DNA of 60,768 nucleotides, counting the filler. It is 5 parts of 5 records of this genome, joined end to end, with 100 filler letters (N's around TTAATTAATTAA, not from the genome) between each part and the next. Parts side by side here need not be neighbours in the genome. Positions count along the whole stretch, not along the records: positions 1 to 31,073 come from DRR723986_15665; 4 more parts are not named here. One strand, 5' to 3'. Position numbers and translations under genes: made by a program. Below, piece by piece: positions 9,228 to 19,335 of the stretch (positions are counted from its first letter, which is position 1; each line of letters begins with the position of its first letter). The notes beneath the pieces are model-generated. The model was not told where the DNA came from, searched no databases, and saw nothing but the letters and a program-made list of their open reading frames with translations.

Positions 9228-10180
9228 TGAACCGCTCCCGTTGTAATCTGCAGGAAGACATCCTCAAGCGAGCGGCTTTCGGTGGAGTACTCAAGAATCG
9301 TGAAATCTGCATTTACAATTGCTTTAAGCAGGGCTGCCTGTTCAGCTTGGTCTTCTGTTGAAAGCTGGAATCTCACGACAAACTCGCTAGCCTGAATGTC
9401 TGTCACGCCGGGCTTGCCCTCCAACCACTTAGCAAGCGATTCCCCCGCGTTGGCTAGCGTTACCTTTACATCGATATGCGGTCGCAACTGCGCTTTGATG
9501 TCAGCCACTGTCCCGCTAACAATCAATTGCCCTCGTTCGATGATTCCAATCGCATCACACATCTCACCGAGTTCCGTGAGAATGTGCGACGAAACTAAAA
9601 GAGCCTTTCCCTCTGCGGCGAGCCCACGAATCATTTGTCGCAGCTCGATTCGTGCCCGTGGGTCCAAGCCGTTGGCTGGCTCATCCAAAATCAAGACTGC
9701 GGGGTCGTGAATCATCGCACGCCCCAAGCACAACCTCTGACGCATCCCTTTGGAAAGTCCGCGTATCGGTTTTTCTGAAATCTTGTCCAGGCCGGTATAG
9801 GCCAACGTATGGCGAAGAGCCTTTGTCCGGTCGCGTCCAACGATGCCGTACGAACGAGCAAAGAAATCTAAGTACTCGACGCAGTTCATGTTCGGATACG
9901 TGCCAAAATTGTCCGGCATGAAACCAAGACGCTTTCGAACCCGGTCTGGATCATTGATGACGGAAAAACCGTCCACCAAAGCATCGCCGTAGTCGGGCAA
10001 GTCGAGCGTCGAAAGGATGCGCATGCTCGTTGTCTTACCGGCACCATTGGGGCCGATGTACCCGAAAACCTGACCTGCCTCAACTTCGAAGGACACATCA
10101 TTGACGGCTTTCGTCGCACCGAAATAGCGAAAGACGCGCCGCAACTGGATCATCGGGTGACTAGCTGTTTGGCTCACCAT
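9224..10180 (-). CDS. ABC transporter ATP-binding protein
   Basis: Walker A GPNGAGKTT, LSKGMRQR signature, ILDEP Walker B, SSH; probable ATG 10180. Confidence 0.95.
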   Translation of the reverse strand: MVSQTASHPMIQLRRVFRYFGATKAVNDVSFEVEAGQVFGYIGPNGAGKTTSMRILSTLDLPDYGDALVDGFSVINDPDRVRKRLGFMPDNFGTYPNMNCVEYLDFFARSYGIVGRDRTKALRHTLAYTGLDKISEKPIRGLSKGMRQRLCLGRAMIHDPAVLILDEPANGLDPRARIELRQMIRGLAAEGKALLVSSHILTELGEMCDAIGIIERGQLIVSGTVADIKAQLRPHIDVKVTLANAGESLAKWLEGKPGVTDIQASEFVVRFQLSTEDQAEQAALLKAIVNADFTILEYSTESRSLEDVFLQITTGAVQ

Positions 10181-12654
10181 ACGTTGCCTCCAATGATCAC
10201 ATGTACACTCTCTTCCTGCTCCCCATCGATCGGCAGTTCTAAACAATCAGTACCGCCGACAACAACCACCGCAGTGCCCAGCGGGAGAACTGAATCGTCT
10301 GATAAGTACCTTTTGAAACTGTCGTTGAGCATGTCATTGCCACTGCTTCCGATCGAAAAACGGTTTCGACCGAAACTCAGCAACGAACCGCCCCCAACAC
10401 GCAACTCAGGTGGCGGCGTGGGGCGAATGTCAGCCCACAAACGAGTCACCTGAGAAAGCACCGCCGCCTTCTCCCCACCTTCGACGACCTCGCTCGCCCC
10501 CGGTAGCAACTCCTCGCAAACATAGTGAAGATCTTCGTTATCGCGTGTAACCGCCAACTTCACGACCTGCTCGGACACATTTGAAAACTTGACTTTCCCG
10601 TCGGCGATTCGTTCAATCTTTAGAGGCACCTGGACATCAGTGATCCGATGGCCAACTAACAACTGCTGCTGATTCCTCGCCCGCAACCACCGCCGCCAAA
10701 CCTGCTTGTCACCGTCCAGGGAAATTTCTGCCATTAGATCCTCTCGCGGATCCACCGTATAACTCCTGCTTGAATCAGGCAACTGCACGCTTCTAACGTA
10801 CGTGTCTGCCTCAAATTCAAGGCCATCACTACTTGGAGCACCTGAAAAGTAATTCTGACGCGACCACGCAAATCCATCCTGCGTCTTCGCATCGACCCAT
10901 TGGATCGAGACTGTTCGTAGATAAGTCCCGAAGCCCTCGTGGATGACGCCGTACGCAACGATCGACAAGGTTGCAATCAAACTAACAGCCGGGACAAACA
11001 AGAGCATCAAGCTTCGGCGCTGCATTCGCGCTGTTAAGAACAACAAACCTGGTCCAAGCAATGCTGCAAAGAGCGCGACGGCAACACAGAACCGCCAAAC
11101 CGGCGGTTTTCCAACGGCCCGGATGATATTTCGAAATCCCCAGTCACCGTCCGACTCGCGAGCCAGGTCATTGTGAACACCACCGTACATCAATGATCGC
11201 AGCGGCAAATCAAAACTGCTGCCGGCAGTCAAAGGGGGTTCGCTCAACAGCACAATGTGCCCGGCGGCATACTCGGCCTTCCGCACGAATGAATCACCGA
11301 GAGATTGAAAGACGCTTCCTCGGACTTTGCCCAGTTGTGATCCAAGCGGCGATTCGGCAGAAAAACTCACCGTCGGCTCCGCACTTTCTTCGAGCAGTCT
11401 CCAAGTGTCGTCAAAGAGGTTTAATGCTGCCTTCCCCCTGTACGCGAGCACCGATTCGGTCGCGATAGCCGCATCGAAAGCCACGCCTCGCAAGCCTAGA
11501 GCGAGTTCCTCTTCTTCCTTGTTTGAATCAGACTCTTGCGACTTCTCAATCTCTGCATCAGGAGTGGTTTCAGCAGTGGTACCGAAACTGGCAGCGACGT
11601 TGGTGGCTACAGTCCGAGCACCGGGTGTACTTGCCAACAGGTTCGCTGCTTGCTGCGGATCAACGAAGATGACCTGCCCGTCGGGCATCCTGACCTGCTG
11701 CATCGCCTGAGAGGTATAGGAAACAGTTGGCCTCAGAAGGCTGCGGCTCCACCATGTATCAACGGGCGCACTCATGTATTCCCAGTTGAGAGCACCGTAC
11801 TCCTCTGGAAGTAAATTTGCCACCGCTTCAGCCGAATTGGTGCCGGCCTCGCTATACACAACAAGCCGGCCACCAGCAGAAACGTACGCCTTTATCGCTG
11901 ATGCTTTACGAGGCGCTTTGGTTCGTATTCGCTCCAGCAGCGGAGCGGAAATGACGACGAGGGAGCGGTCCAACAACATCCGCCAGTCATCGGGAAAGTC
12001 ATCTTGTGCTATTGGCTGAAATGCTCGGCTCGGCGTAGTTGTATTAAACAAACGCATCGCTAAGCGGCGGTAACCACCGCTGGCCTCGGCAAGCCGAACT
12101 TCGGTAGGATTGGCTAGAACCACCAACGCCTTCATGCCGGCATTGACACTGCTGACTAGGTTGAAGTCACTCGAATTTCGTGTTCGTTTTCGACTACTTC
12201 GTTCGTCCTCGATGTTTCGACGATCCTCAAACACCTCGACGTCATAGCTGAATGAATTATCGGCGACGTATGGAACATCAACTTCGACGAAGGTCTGATC
12301 TTCGCCAAGAGTTACCGAGCGTCGAACGGCTCGACCAACTTGCTTATCGTTCTCGTAAGCTCGAATGTAAAAGACCACCTGCAGACGGCGTTCGGACTGA
12401 CTTGGGCCCGTAGTACTTGCAATGGTAACGTTTGCCGTCCCAACGCCACCACTGGCTGTTTGGCTGCACTGCGTTGTTACCGCAAGAACGTCGCGCCCCT
12501 TCGACCCAAGAGTGATGAACGAATCCGTATATTGAGCTTGGACGTTCACGGCGACAACTGACCAGCACAGTGTGGTCATCAACGCGGTCGCCAATAACTG
12601 AGCCCTGATTGCCCACCGGCGACTCGTGAGCTGCTCTATTGTGTAGCTAGTCAT
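10174..12654 (-). CDS. Large exported/membrane hypothetical protein of the ABC operon
   Basis: Signal peptide (..VNVQAQ), TM hairpin near PPVWRFC; probable ATG 12654 overlaps upstream gene. Confidence 0.75.
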   Translation of the reverse strand: MTSYTIEQLTSRRWAIRAQLLATALMTTLCWSVVAVNVQAQYTDSFITLGSKGRDVLAVTTQCSQTASGGVGTANVTIASTTGPSQSERRLQVVFYIRAYENDKQVGRAVRRSVTLGEDQTFVEVDVPYVADNSFSYDVEVFEDRRNIEDERSSRKRTRNSSDFNLVSSVNAGMKALVVLANPTEVRLAEASGGYRRLAMRLFNTTTPSRAFQPIAQDDFPDDWRMLLDRSLVVISAPLLERIRTKAPRKASAIKAYVSAGGRLVVYSEAGTNSAEAVANLLPEEYGALNWEYMSAPVDTWWSRSLLRPTVSYTSQAMQQVRMPDGQVIFVDPQQAANLLASTPGARTVATNVAASFGTTAETTPDAEIEKSQESDSNKEEEELALGLRGVAFDAAIATESVLAYRGKAALNLFDDTWRLLEESAEPTVSFSAESPLGSQLGKVRGSVFQSLGDSFVRKAEYAAGHIVLLSEPPLTAGSSFDLPLRSLMYGGVHNDLARESDGDWGFRNIIRAVGKPPVWRFCVAVALFAALLGPGLLFLTARMQRRSLMLLFVPAVSLIATLSIVAYGVIHEGFGTYLRTVSIQWVDAKTQDGFAWSRQNYFSGAPSSDGLEFEADTYVRSVQLPDSSRSYTVDPREDLMAEISLDGDKQVWRRWLRARNQQQLLVGHRITDVQVPLKIERIADGKVKFSNVSEQVVKLAVTRDNEDLHYVCEELLPGASEVVEGGEKAAVLSQVTRLWADIRPTPPPELRVGGGSLLSFGRNRFSIGSSGNDMLNDSFKRYLSDDSVLPLGTAVVVVGGTDCLELPIDGEQEESVHVIIGGNVW

Positions 12655-12967
12655 TCGACACTGCCCTCGGTGGAACCACTTGCTCTGGAAGCCGATCCGT
12701 CGCAAAGGGGCTTTTGGGTTCCTGGTCATTGGCAAGCGATTTTTCCGTAGCACCACATACGTAGGCGACCAGAAAACTGAGGCCTGCGAGCACCGCAAAA
12801 GCAACTGCAAATATCAACGACGCAACCATAGCGATTGCGAGCGACGTGCCCTGCTCCGCCGCTTGGACAATCCATAACGCGAGCGTAACGATCAAGACCG
12901 TGACGAAGAACCATATCATCCCAATCTTGGGTAGCCATGGCTGTGGTGTAGTGGGAGTTTCGGTCAT
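12647..12967 (-). CDS. Small 2-TM membrane protein
   Basis: Two hydrophobic stretches; first gene of an overlapping operon. Confidence 0.7.
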   Translation of the reverse strand: MTETPTTPQPWLPKIGMIWFFVTVLIVTLALWIVQAAEQGTSLAIAMVASLIFAVAFAVLAGLSFLVAYVCGATEKSLANDQEPKSPFATDRLPEQVVPPRAVSND

Positions 12968-13088
12968 GAGCCTGACACTGAGAGTACGTGGAAAAGTACG
13001 GATCTACCGCAATGGCTTAAGGCTGTTGATTTGCGGGGTTCCCTCTGAAGCTGACCTAACGCCCAACTTGAAACGGGAAGCAAGGCTA

Positions 13089-13125
13089 TCTGCGGGCGAG
13101 CCTACGACGGCGGCTCGCCCGCAGA
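13089..13125. repeat. Perfect 14-bp inverted repeat between divergent genes
   Basis: TCTGCGGGCGAGCC-TACGACGGC-GGCTCGCCCGCAGA. Confidence 0.75.
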
Positions 13126-13205
13126 AGTAGCGTCGAGTATGCTCTTGAAGGAGCATTGCGAATGCTCAATCTACCAAATCCAACATCGTTAATGGGGAAG
13201 CCTCC

Positions 13206-14513
13206 ATGCCAAATATTTGCACTCAAGCACTGCAGCTCGCTGCTTTCGCCACCAAGAGCCGCATCCTAAAGACAATTGTGCTAGTCGCTTGCGTGCTGTT
13301 TTCGCAATCAACAGGCTTGACCCAAGATGCAGATTCGAACGAGAACGGCACCTCCGCAGACAACGATGCGACCGTCGTGGTAAGCCAAGAGGCGAAAGAT
13401 ATCCACGCTGCAAGTTTCGTCTTCGATGGCCACAACGATCTGCCGTGGTTCATTCGAACGGAAGCATCCATGAAGTTCGAAAAGTTTGACATCGCTCAAC
13501 GACAAACGCGAAGCCACACCGACATCCCCAGACTCAAAGAGGGCGGCGTCGGCGCTCAGTTCTGGAGTGTCTATGTCCCTGCACACACGGCTGCGTCTGG
13601 AAAGAGTCACCAGATGACGATCGAACAAATCGACATCGTCCGTGCGATGGTCAACAAATACCCCGAGACGTTTGAGCTAGCCTACACTGTTGCTGACATT
13701 GAGCGAGCTCGAAAAGCAGGCAAAATCGCTTCGCTAATTGGCGTCGAGGGAGGACACTCGATTGAGAACTCCATCGAAAAACTTCGCCGTTTGTTCGCGA
13801 TGGGAACACGGTACATGACCTTGACCCACAGCGACACGCTCGACTGGGCAGATTCATGTAGCGATGAAGCGAAGAGCAATGGTCTGAGCGAATTTGGTCG
13901 CGAGGTTGTGCGTGAAATGAATCGCCTAGGCATGCTCGTCGACATCTCCCACGTTTCGCCAAAGACGATGCAGGACGCACTGGATACCAGTACGGCACCT
14001 GTTATCTTTTCTCACTCTTCGGCGCGCGGAGTCGCAGATCACCCACGCAATGTACCGGACGAGATTCTCAAGCAACTGCCCGAAGATGGCGGAGTTGTGA
14101 TGATCAACTTCTTCTCCGGTTTTGTTGTTCCCAAGTCTGCAATCAACACGAACAGCATGTTTGAACAAGGGCGTGCACTGCGAGAGAAATACGGAGACGA
14201 TCAGCAGGCGATTGACCGCGAAATGGCAAAGTATCGCATTCGCAATCCGATCTACCCAGGCACCATTCACGATGTCGCAGATCACATCGATCATGTCGTC
14301 AAGATGGCTGGCATCGATCACGTCGGAATTGGCAGCGACTATGACGGAATCAGCATTCTGCCAAAGCAATTGGAGGACGTTTCAACTTATCCAGTCCTCA
14401 CCCAGGTTCTGCTTGACCGAGGCTACAGCAAGAGTGACATTCACAAGATAATGAGTGGCAACATCTTGCGAGTCATGGCTGCAGCCGAAGAAGTGGCCGC
14501 GAACAGTCGATAG
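13206..14513 (+). CDS. Membrane dipeptidase (peptidase M19), exported
   Basis: DGHNDLP, GAQFWSVY, GVEGGH, TLTH, DISHVS, SHSS, GIGSDYDG motifs. Confidence 0.95.
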   Translation: MPNICTQALQLAAFATKSRILKTIVLVACVLFSQSTGLTQDADSNENGTSADNDATVVVSQEAKDIHAASFVFDGHNDLPWFIRTEASMKFEKFDIAQRQTRSHTDIPRLKEGGVGAQFWSVYVPAHTAASGKSHQMTIEQIDIVRAMVNKYPETFELAYTVADIERARKAGKIASLIGVEGGHSIENSIEKLRRLFAMGTRYMTLTHSDTLDWADSCSDEAKSNGLSEFGREVVREMNRLGMLVDISHVSPKTMQDALDTSTAPVIFSHSSARGVADHPRNVPDEILKQLPEDGGVVMINFFSGFVVPKSAINTNSMFEQGRALREKYGDDQQAIDREMAKYRIRNPIYPGTIHDVADHIDHVVKMAGIDHVGIGSDYDGISILPKQLEDVSTYPVLTQVLLDRGYSKSDIHKIMSGNILRVMAAAEEVAANSR

Positions 14514-14516
14514 CAA

Positions 14517-14906
14517 CTAGCTTGCTCGGAGATACTCTGGCAATGCCTGTAGTTTGCCGGCTCGGTCGACGCAGGCTATGGTGCTGGAGGCTTCAACAAT
14601 CGCCTGCCCATCAGGTCCCTCGAGCACGTAATCGTGAAAGATCCGTACGCGGCGAACTCGGTTGACCCGCGTCGTTGGCGTTAGCAAGTCATCGAACTCG
14701 GCTGCGTTGAGATATCGCACGTTCATTTCGGCGACAACCAACATCAAGCCTGTTTCTTCAAACGCTTTGTAGCTGTATCCCAGCTCGCGCAACAACTCGA
14801 CGCGCCCACGTTCAAAGTAATTCAAGTACTGGGCATGGTGAACTCGCCCCTGCCCGTCGGTCTCATTGTACCTGACACGAATCTCAATCTTGCCTTCGAC
14901 GGCCAC
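14517..14906 (-). CDS. Acyl-CoA thioesterase (YbgC/4HBT family)
   Basis: RVRYNETDGQGRVHHAQYLNYFERGRVE. Confidence 0.9.
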   Translation of the reverse strand: MAVEGKIEIRVRYNETDGQGRVHHAQYLNYFERGRVELLRELGYSYKAFEETGLMLVVAEMNVRYLNAAEFDDLLTPTTRVNRVRRVRIFHDYVLEGPDGQAIVEASSTIACVDRAGKLQALPEYLRAS

Positions 14907-16453
14907 TATTGAACAATCCTAAATTCGACGGTCTCACTACCGAACTTGCTGCCATGCAAGTCTTCGATGTCGAGCTTCAGCTCGTAGCTCCCAGGTGCAA
15001 GCGATTGCGGCAACCAAATGCGGTAAACCATGAAGTAATCTCGGCGAACGGTTTCGCTGACCTCACGATTGGCAGGCAATGATTGCTGATCCACCGGGCG
15101 TCCGCTCTGGGCGTCGCAAATCTTGTAAGTCCCGCGTAGATTCGTTTCGTGCTCTTTCCCGTTGGGCAGGCGCTTGCTGACAAAGTTATCCACTTCGCAG
15201 TACAGCAGCACCTCGTCGCCGGCCTTGAAATCGTACTTTTCAAACCGTTCGACGTCGCCGTAGCTATTCACGACGCTGCAGAAAGAGGCGTTATCTACGG
15301 ACAATTCACTTGCGGCCGCCAGTTCCCGAGTCGCTCTTCGCTGACTTGCTAGAGCCAGTGCAGCTCGCTTGCGAAAATCTGGATGCCCGCTTGGGTTGGT
15401 GGCGTCAGTCCATCCCTGAATCGTGTATCGGTAATACTCTTGCATGCTCTTTTCGAGGTCGGTGATGGGTTCCATCGCAGCAGGAAGGTCATTGACCGAC
15501 AGGCTCAACAAACGACGAGCCTTCTCAAGTTCAATCCGTTGCTCAGGGCTAACTGCCGAGGCGAGTAGGTCGTCGAGCTGCTGTCGCGCGTCGATAACCA
15601 TTTCTTTCCACGACAAGTCACCGGCCCGTGCGGCGTGACGCGATGTTACCGGAACATCGCGAATGTCCGAAGTAGTCTCGCGTATCGCAGATGCATCGCG
15701 TGTGCTGGACTCATACGCAACTTGGCCAATTTGCCCACTGGGGCCTTGTTCACCGCCCAGGCTGTGCCCACGTGCACTCTGGTCAATTCCCCTCTGGTCA
15801 ATTGCTCTTTGCCCGAGCCCACCGTGAGTCGCAATGTTTTGCATCGACGAAAGTGGTACCGCGGCTAGGTCAGTGACCTCGTTCGCTCGTTCTGCCAACG
15901 CTTGAACCACTCCGCTCGCATCTCGCTCTGCTTGCGCCTTGGCCAGCTCAAGCTTCCGTTGCATCGCTTCGATGTCTTCCAGGGTTGGGTCTACGCTGTC
16001 GCTGATGTTGAATTCTTGTGGACCATCGTCTTGCTTTGCCGCCTGCGCCAGTGAGCTCTTGCCATCCTGCATCGATCGCTGACGAAGCTTGCTAACCAGC
16101 TCCATCTGCTGACGCAGCAGCGCAGCCTGTTCACTGGTCAACTCATTTTCCGCAGCCGCAAATTCGGCTTCCAAGACATCATCAGAGAACGATGTGTCAG
16201 ATATCGAAGCACGCGCCGAATCCAGCCCCGGGCGGCGCTCGACGCGTTGTTGCTCGGCGAAATCGTCAGCATAAGGTCCCTCTTGAGCGCGCTCCGCCCG
16301 CAAGAGCCCCTCGTAATCCGGGTCTGTATTTTCCAAGCTACGTTGCGAAAGCTGCATTGGCTTCCATGGCATACGACACCCTGCGGCGACTACGATCGTT
16401 AGGACAACGAGTAGCGCCGAGGTTCGCTGCACAGGTTGAGCATCCATTCTCAT
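14906..16453 (-). CDS. Hypothetical lipoprotein
   Basis: Lipobox VVAAGC; long low-complexity middle; beta-rich C-terminal domain. Confidence 0.75.
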   Translation of the reverse strand: MRMDAQPVQRTSALLVVLTIVVAAGCRMPWKPMQLSQRSLENTDPDYEGLLRAERAQEGPYADDFAEQQRVERRPGLDSARASISDTSFSDDVLEAEFAAAENELTSEQAALLRQQMELVSKLRQRSMQDGKSSLAQAAKQDDGPQEFNISDSVDPTLEDIEAMQRKLELAKAQAERDASGVVQALAERANEVTDLAAVPLSSMQNIATHGGLGQRAIDQRGIDQSARGHSLGGEQGPSGQIGQVAYESSTRDASAIRETTSDIRDVPVTSRHAARAGDLSWKEMVIDARQQLDDLLASAVSPEQRIELEKARRLLSLSVNDLPAAMEPITDLEKSMQEYYRYTIQGWTDATNPSGHPDFRKRAALALASQRRATRELAAASELSVDNASFCSVVNSYGDVERFEKYDFKAGDEVLLYCEVDNFVSKRLPNGKEHETNLRGTYKICDAQSGRPVDQQSLPANREVSETVRRDYFMVYRIWLPQSLAPGSYELKLDIEDLHGSKFGSETVEFRIVQ

Positions 16454-16753
16454 TTCCCTGAAGCAAGTAATTGCCTTGAGCGTTCACTGGACACGCCGCA
16501 GAGTTCTAATCTGAGATTCTGCGGCGCGCATTCTTAGGCGGATACTAGGAGTATCAAAGTGGCGAGACAAGGGATGTTCCACGATTATCCGCAATTACCA
16601 CATCCAGCACGAAAGACCGTGCCCCGCACGCCCCAATCGACCACGAATGCTAGCATCGAAACTCGCAACTCCTCAGGATATTGCCTCAGACTTGTTGCTG
16701 AACGAGTGGGCGGATCATCTGCTTATCTTCGGCCGATGTGCTGGGGTTGAAGC

Positions 16754-17680
16754 CTAACGCAGACTCGAGTGCGCAATGATTTCGTTCAAGAAGATTCGTC
16801 GAATTGCATCGTAGCCCCGATCATTCGGATCCTCGACGTTGTCGTAAAACCAATAGCTAGGATCATCGCTTTGATAGGTTGATCGCCAGAATTGCCTGCA
16901 ATGCGAACCATGCCCCAGGAAGTTCTGATACAAGGGGACATGGTGAACGCCGCTGTCGTTGACTGCTGCCTGAACAAGGACTGTATTGTAGGCAGCGTGA
17001 ACGTCCAAACCATCAGGCCATGGCGGCAAGAAGATGCTTGGTGCATCACCGACACCATCAGTCGGATCGTAGATGTCAGCCAAATAGATTTCGCAACCGC
17101 CGGGGAAGGCAGCCTGGATGAGCGAAATCATGTCACTCAATCGCTTTTCGAAATTCTCAATCCACGGTTCGGCCTCGGCGATGGTCGCACCATACATGGC
17201 ACCCTCTCGCGGAGCGGAACGACCATAGCTGTGAATAATGTCATTGCCCCCAGTCGTCATCACCACGATCCCGTAAACCGTATCCGGGTAGGGTTCGAGC
17301 TCCTCAGAAATGCGATCATAATGATGCAAAGAAGTGCTTCCCGACACAGCGATATTGCGCTTGCTGATGTTCGGCAACACCCGACTCAAGCACTTCCCTT
17401 CCATGTCCGGATACTCATCCGCGGGGTTGTTTAGCAGTCGTTCGAAGTAGGAATGCTGTGGAGATTTTGCCCCCAGTCCCGCCGTAACACTGTCTCCAAT
17501 ACCCAGCAGAACAACTTCGCGATCAGTCCAGGGCTGCTTAAATTCACCCGCTGCAACGACGGGTCCCGCTGGCCCGCTACCAATAGGCCTTCGAACAAAT
17601 AGTTCAATCCAACCAAGTGCGCAAGCGATGACAACGCCACCAAAGACAAACAACGCGACCAATCGTCTCTTTTTCTTCAT
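16754..17680 (-). CDS. SGNH/GDSL hydrolase
   Basis: IGDSVTAG, AVSGS, GGND blocks; C-terminal EDPN where DxxH is usual. Confidence 0.8.
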   Translation of the reverse strand: MKKKRRLVALFVFGGVVIACALGWIELFVRRPIGSGPAGPVVAAGEFKQPWTDREVVLLGIGDSVTAGLGAKSPQHSYFERLLNNPADEYPDMEGKCLSRVLPNISKRNIAVSGSTSLHHYDRISEELEPYPDTVYGIVVMTTGGNDIIHSYGRSAPREGAMYGATIAEAEPWIENFEKRLSDMISLIQAAFPGGCEIYLADIYDPTDGVGDAPSIFLPPWPDGLDVHAAYNTVLVQAAVNDSGVHHVPLYQNFLGHGSHCRQFWRSTYQSDDPSYWFYDNVEDPNDRGYDAIRRIFLNEIIAHSSLR

Positions 17681-17719
17681 AGCATCTCGCTTCGCAGAAT
17701 GGTGCGGAGATCGCGGTGG

Positions 17720-19225
17720 TCAATTGTTGATGAACTCGGCTAGCTGAGTCAGATTGTCTGCTACGATTTTCATATCAACGACAACGCACTGCGTCTTGTG
17801 AAATCGCAGCCGACCGGGACTCGCCCATACACTCCCTTCCCCAGCGGATTCGATCAACTGACGGATTCTGTCGTGGCGTTTCTCTTTAGTGTCGCTTCGA
17901 GCAACCTTGGGCGCGACGCCGCTGGCTTGGATCGCTTTGTAGCGTCTGTCTATTGCATCAAGGCGATCTGCAACCTCAAAACTATAGTGGGTTGGTGAGT
18001 CAGAACTATCGAAGGTCAAATTGTACTTGCGGTCGAAATACAGTGGGCGATTGGAGTTCATTTCGTAGAAGCGAGCGAGTTTTCCGTTCGGCAGACGCGA
18101 CTGCTTCAAGTACTCAACGGCTCTTGGAATCGGCTCAAGGAAGCGTTTGTCACCCGTCAACTCGTATAGGTCCATCAGGGCTGACATGACGTCTTGCGAT
18201 TCACCACCGGTGACCGCCGCGGGTTCAAACCTGCGCGCCCATATTGGGTGCAGATCATAGCTATACTGCTGCGCCCATGCTGGTTGCGGCTCAGGCAACT
18301 GCGCTCGAATCAAGAAATCACCCAACTGCACCGCAGCTTCCATATATTTACTGTCGCCATAGGCAGCATGGGCCATTGTCAGGGTGCGTGTAACGTCACC
18401 AGCAAGGTTGTCGTTCAGCGTGGGCTTGTACCAGTACTCACCGTGTCCCGGGTACGCCTTGGGCCAGGTTTCTGGGAATGTGGCGGAGGACGGAGTATTG
18501 TTACGGCCAGGAAATTCTGACGGCACTGGATAAACTTGGGGAAATGCGCCGCATGGCAACTGGTTGGCGACCAGCCCCGATAGTGCATACTCAACCATCT
18601 CGTGCACAACGGCGTCCTGCTGCGAGGTGGCTAGGTCAAGCGCGATCAGGAACCGGATGGCCGACTGCGTCTTGTCATCGTCTAAGCTTGATTGGTCTTT
18701 CACGCGGCGAGTTCCATCGGTGCGATACGCCCACTTCTTTCGCCGCCCAGGTTCGAATTCCACCTGAGCCTGCCATCCGCCAGATTTCATCTGTCCTTGA
18801 CGGAGAGCTTCAGCGGCAGAGCGTGCCGCAACAAGAAATTGACGTTCGCCGGTCGCCTCGTATAGCCGCACCAGCGCCATCCCCACGGTGGGCGTGGCAG
18901 GCGGTTGCACCCAGATCGTCTTGGTAGTCACAACACCTTCACCTTCACGCTGCCGTCCGTCCAGTGAATATTGCCAGAGATATCCACCATGGGTTGCGTA
19001 ACGTTTGGTGAGCGTCGCCACACACGCTTGAGCCACCTCTCGAGCCTTCACTTTGAGCTGCGTTACCTTGCTGCCGTCGCCGGCGGAATCACTTTCTGCT
19101 AAAGGCGTCTGCCCAGATGCATTACTGTGTCCAAACTGTACGAATACCAACGCACACAGCAATAGCCTGCAGGGCGCAGGAAAACACAAGTAACGTATCG
19201 ATCGGCGGGCGCGGAAGCTGGTCAT
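17720..19225 (-). CDS. Exported pectate lyase-like protein (PL10/PelA-type)
   Basis: SLDDDKTQ, GAFPQVYP, TLNDN, AWAQQY..PIWARRFEPAA motifs. Confidence 0.75.
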   Translation of the reverse strand: MTSFRARRSIRYLCFPAPCRLLLCALVFVQFGHSNASGQTPLAESDSAGDGSKVTQLKVKAREVAQACVATLTKRYATHGGYLWQYSLDGRQREGEGVVTTKTIWVQPPATPTVGMALVRLYEATGERQFLVAARSAAEALRQGQMKSGGWQAQVEFEPGRRKKWAYRTDGTRRVKDQSSLDDDKTQSAIRFLIALDLATSQQDAVVHEMVEYALSGLVANQLPCGAFPQVYPVPSEFPGRNNTPSSATFPETWPKAYPGHGEYWYKPTLNDNLAGDVTRTLTMAHAAYGDSKYMEAAVQLGDFLIRAQLPEPQPAWAQQYSYDLHPIWARRFEPAAVTGGESQDVMSALMDLYELTGDKRFLEPIPRAVEYLKQSRLPNGKLARFYEMNSNRPLYFDRKYNLTFDSSDSPTHYSFEVADRLDAIDRRYKAIQASGVAPKVARSDTKEKRHDRIRQLIESAGEGSVWASPGRLRFHKTQCVVVDMKIVADNLTQLAEFINN

Positions 19226-19335
19226 GGAATTGTATCCCTGAGATATGCATACTTAGCAACGCCGTTCATCCGCGCACAAGCGCGCAGGCAGCCCGGTTAA
19301 GAAAGCAACTTGCAAGCTATCGAACTGCGAAGAAG

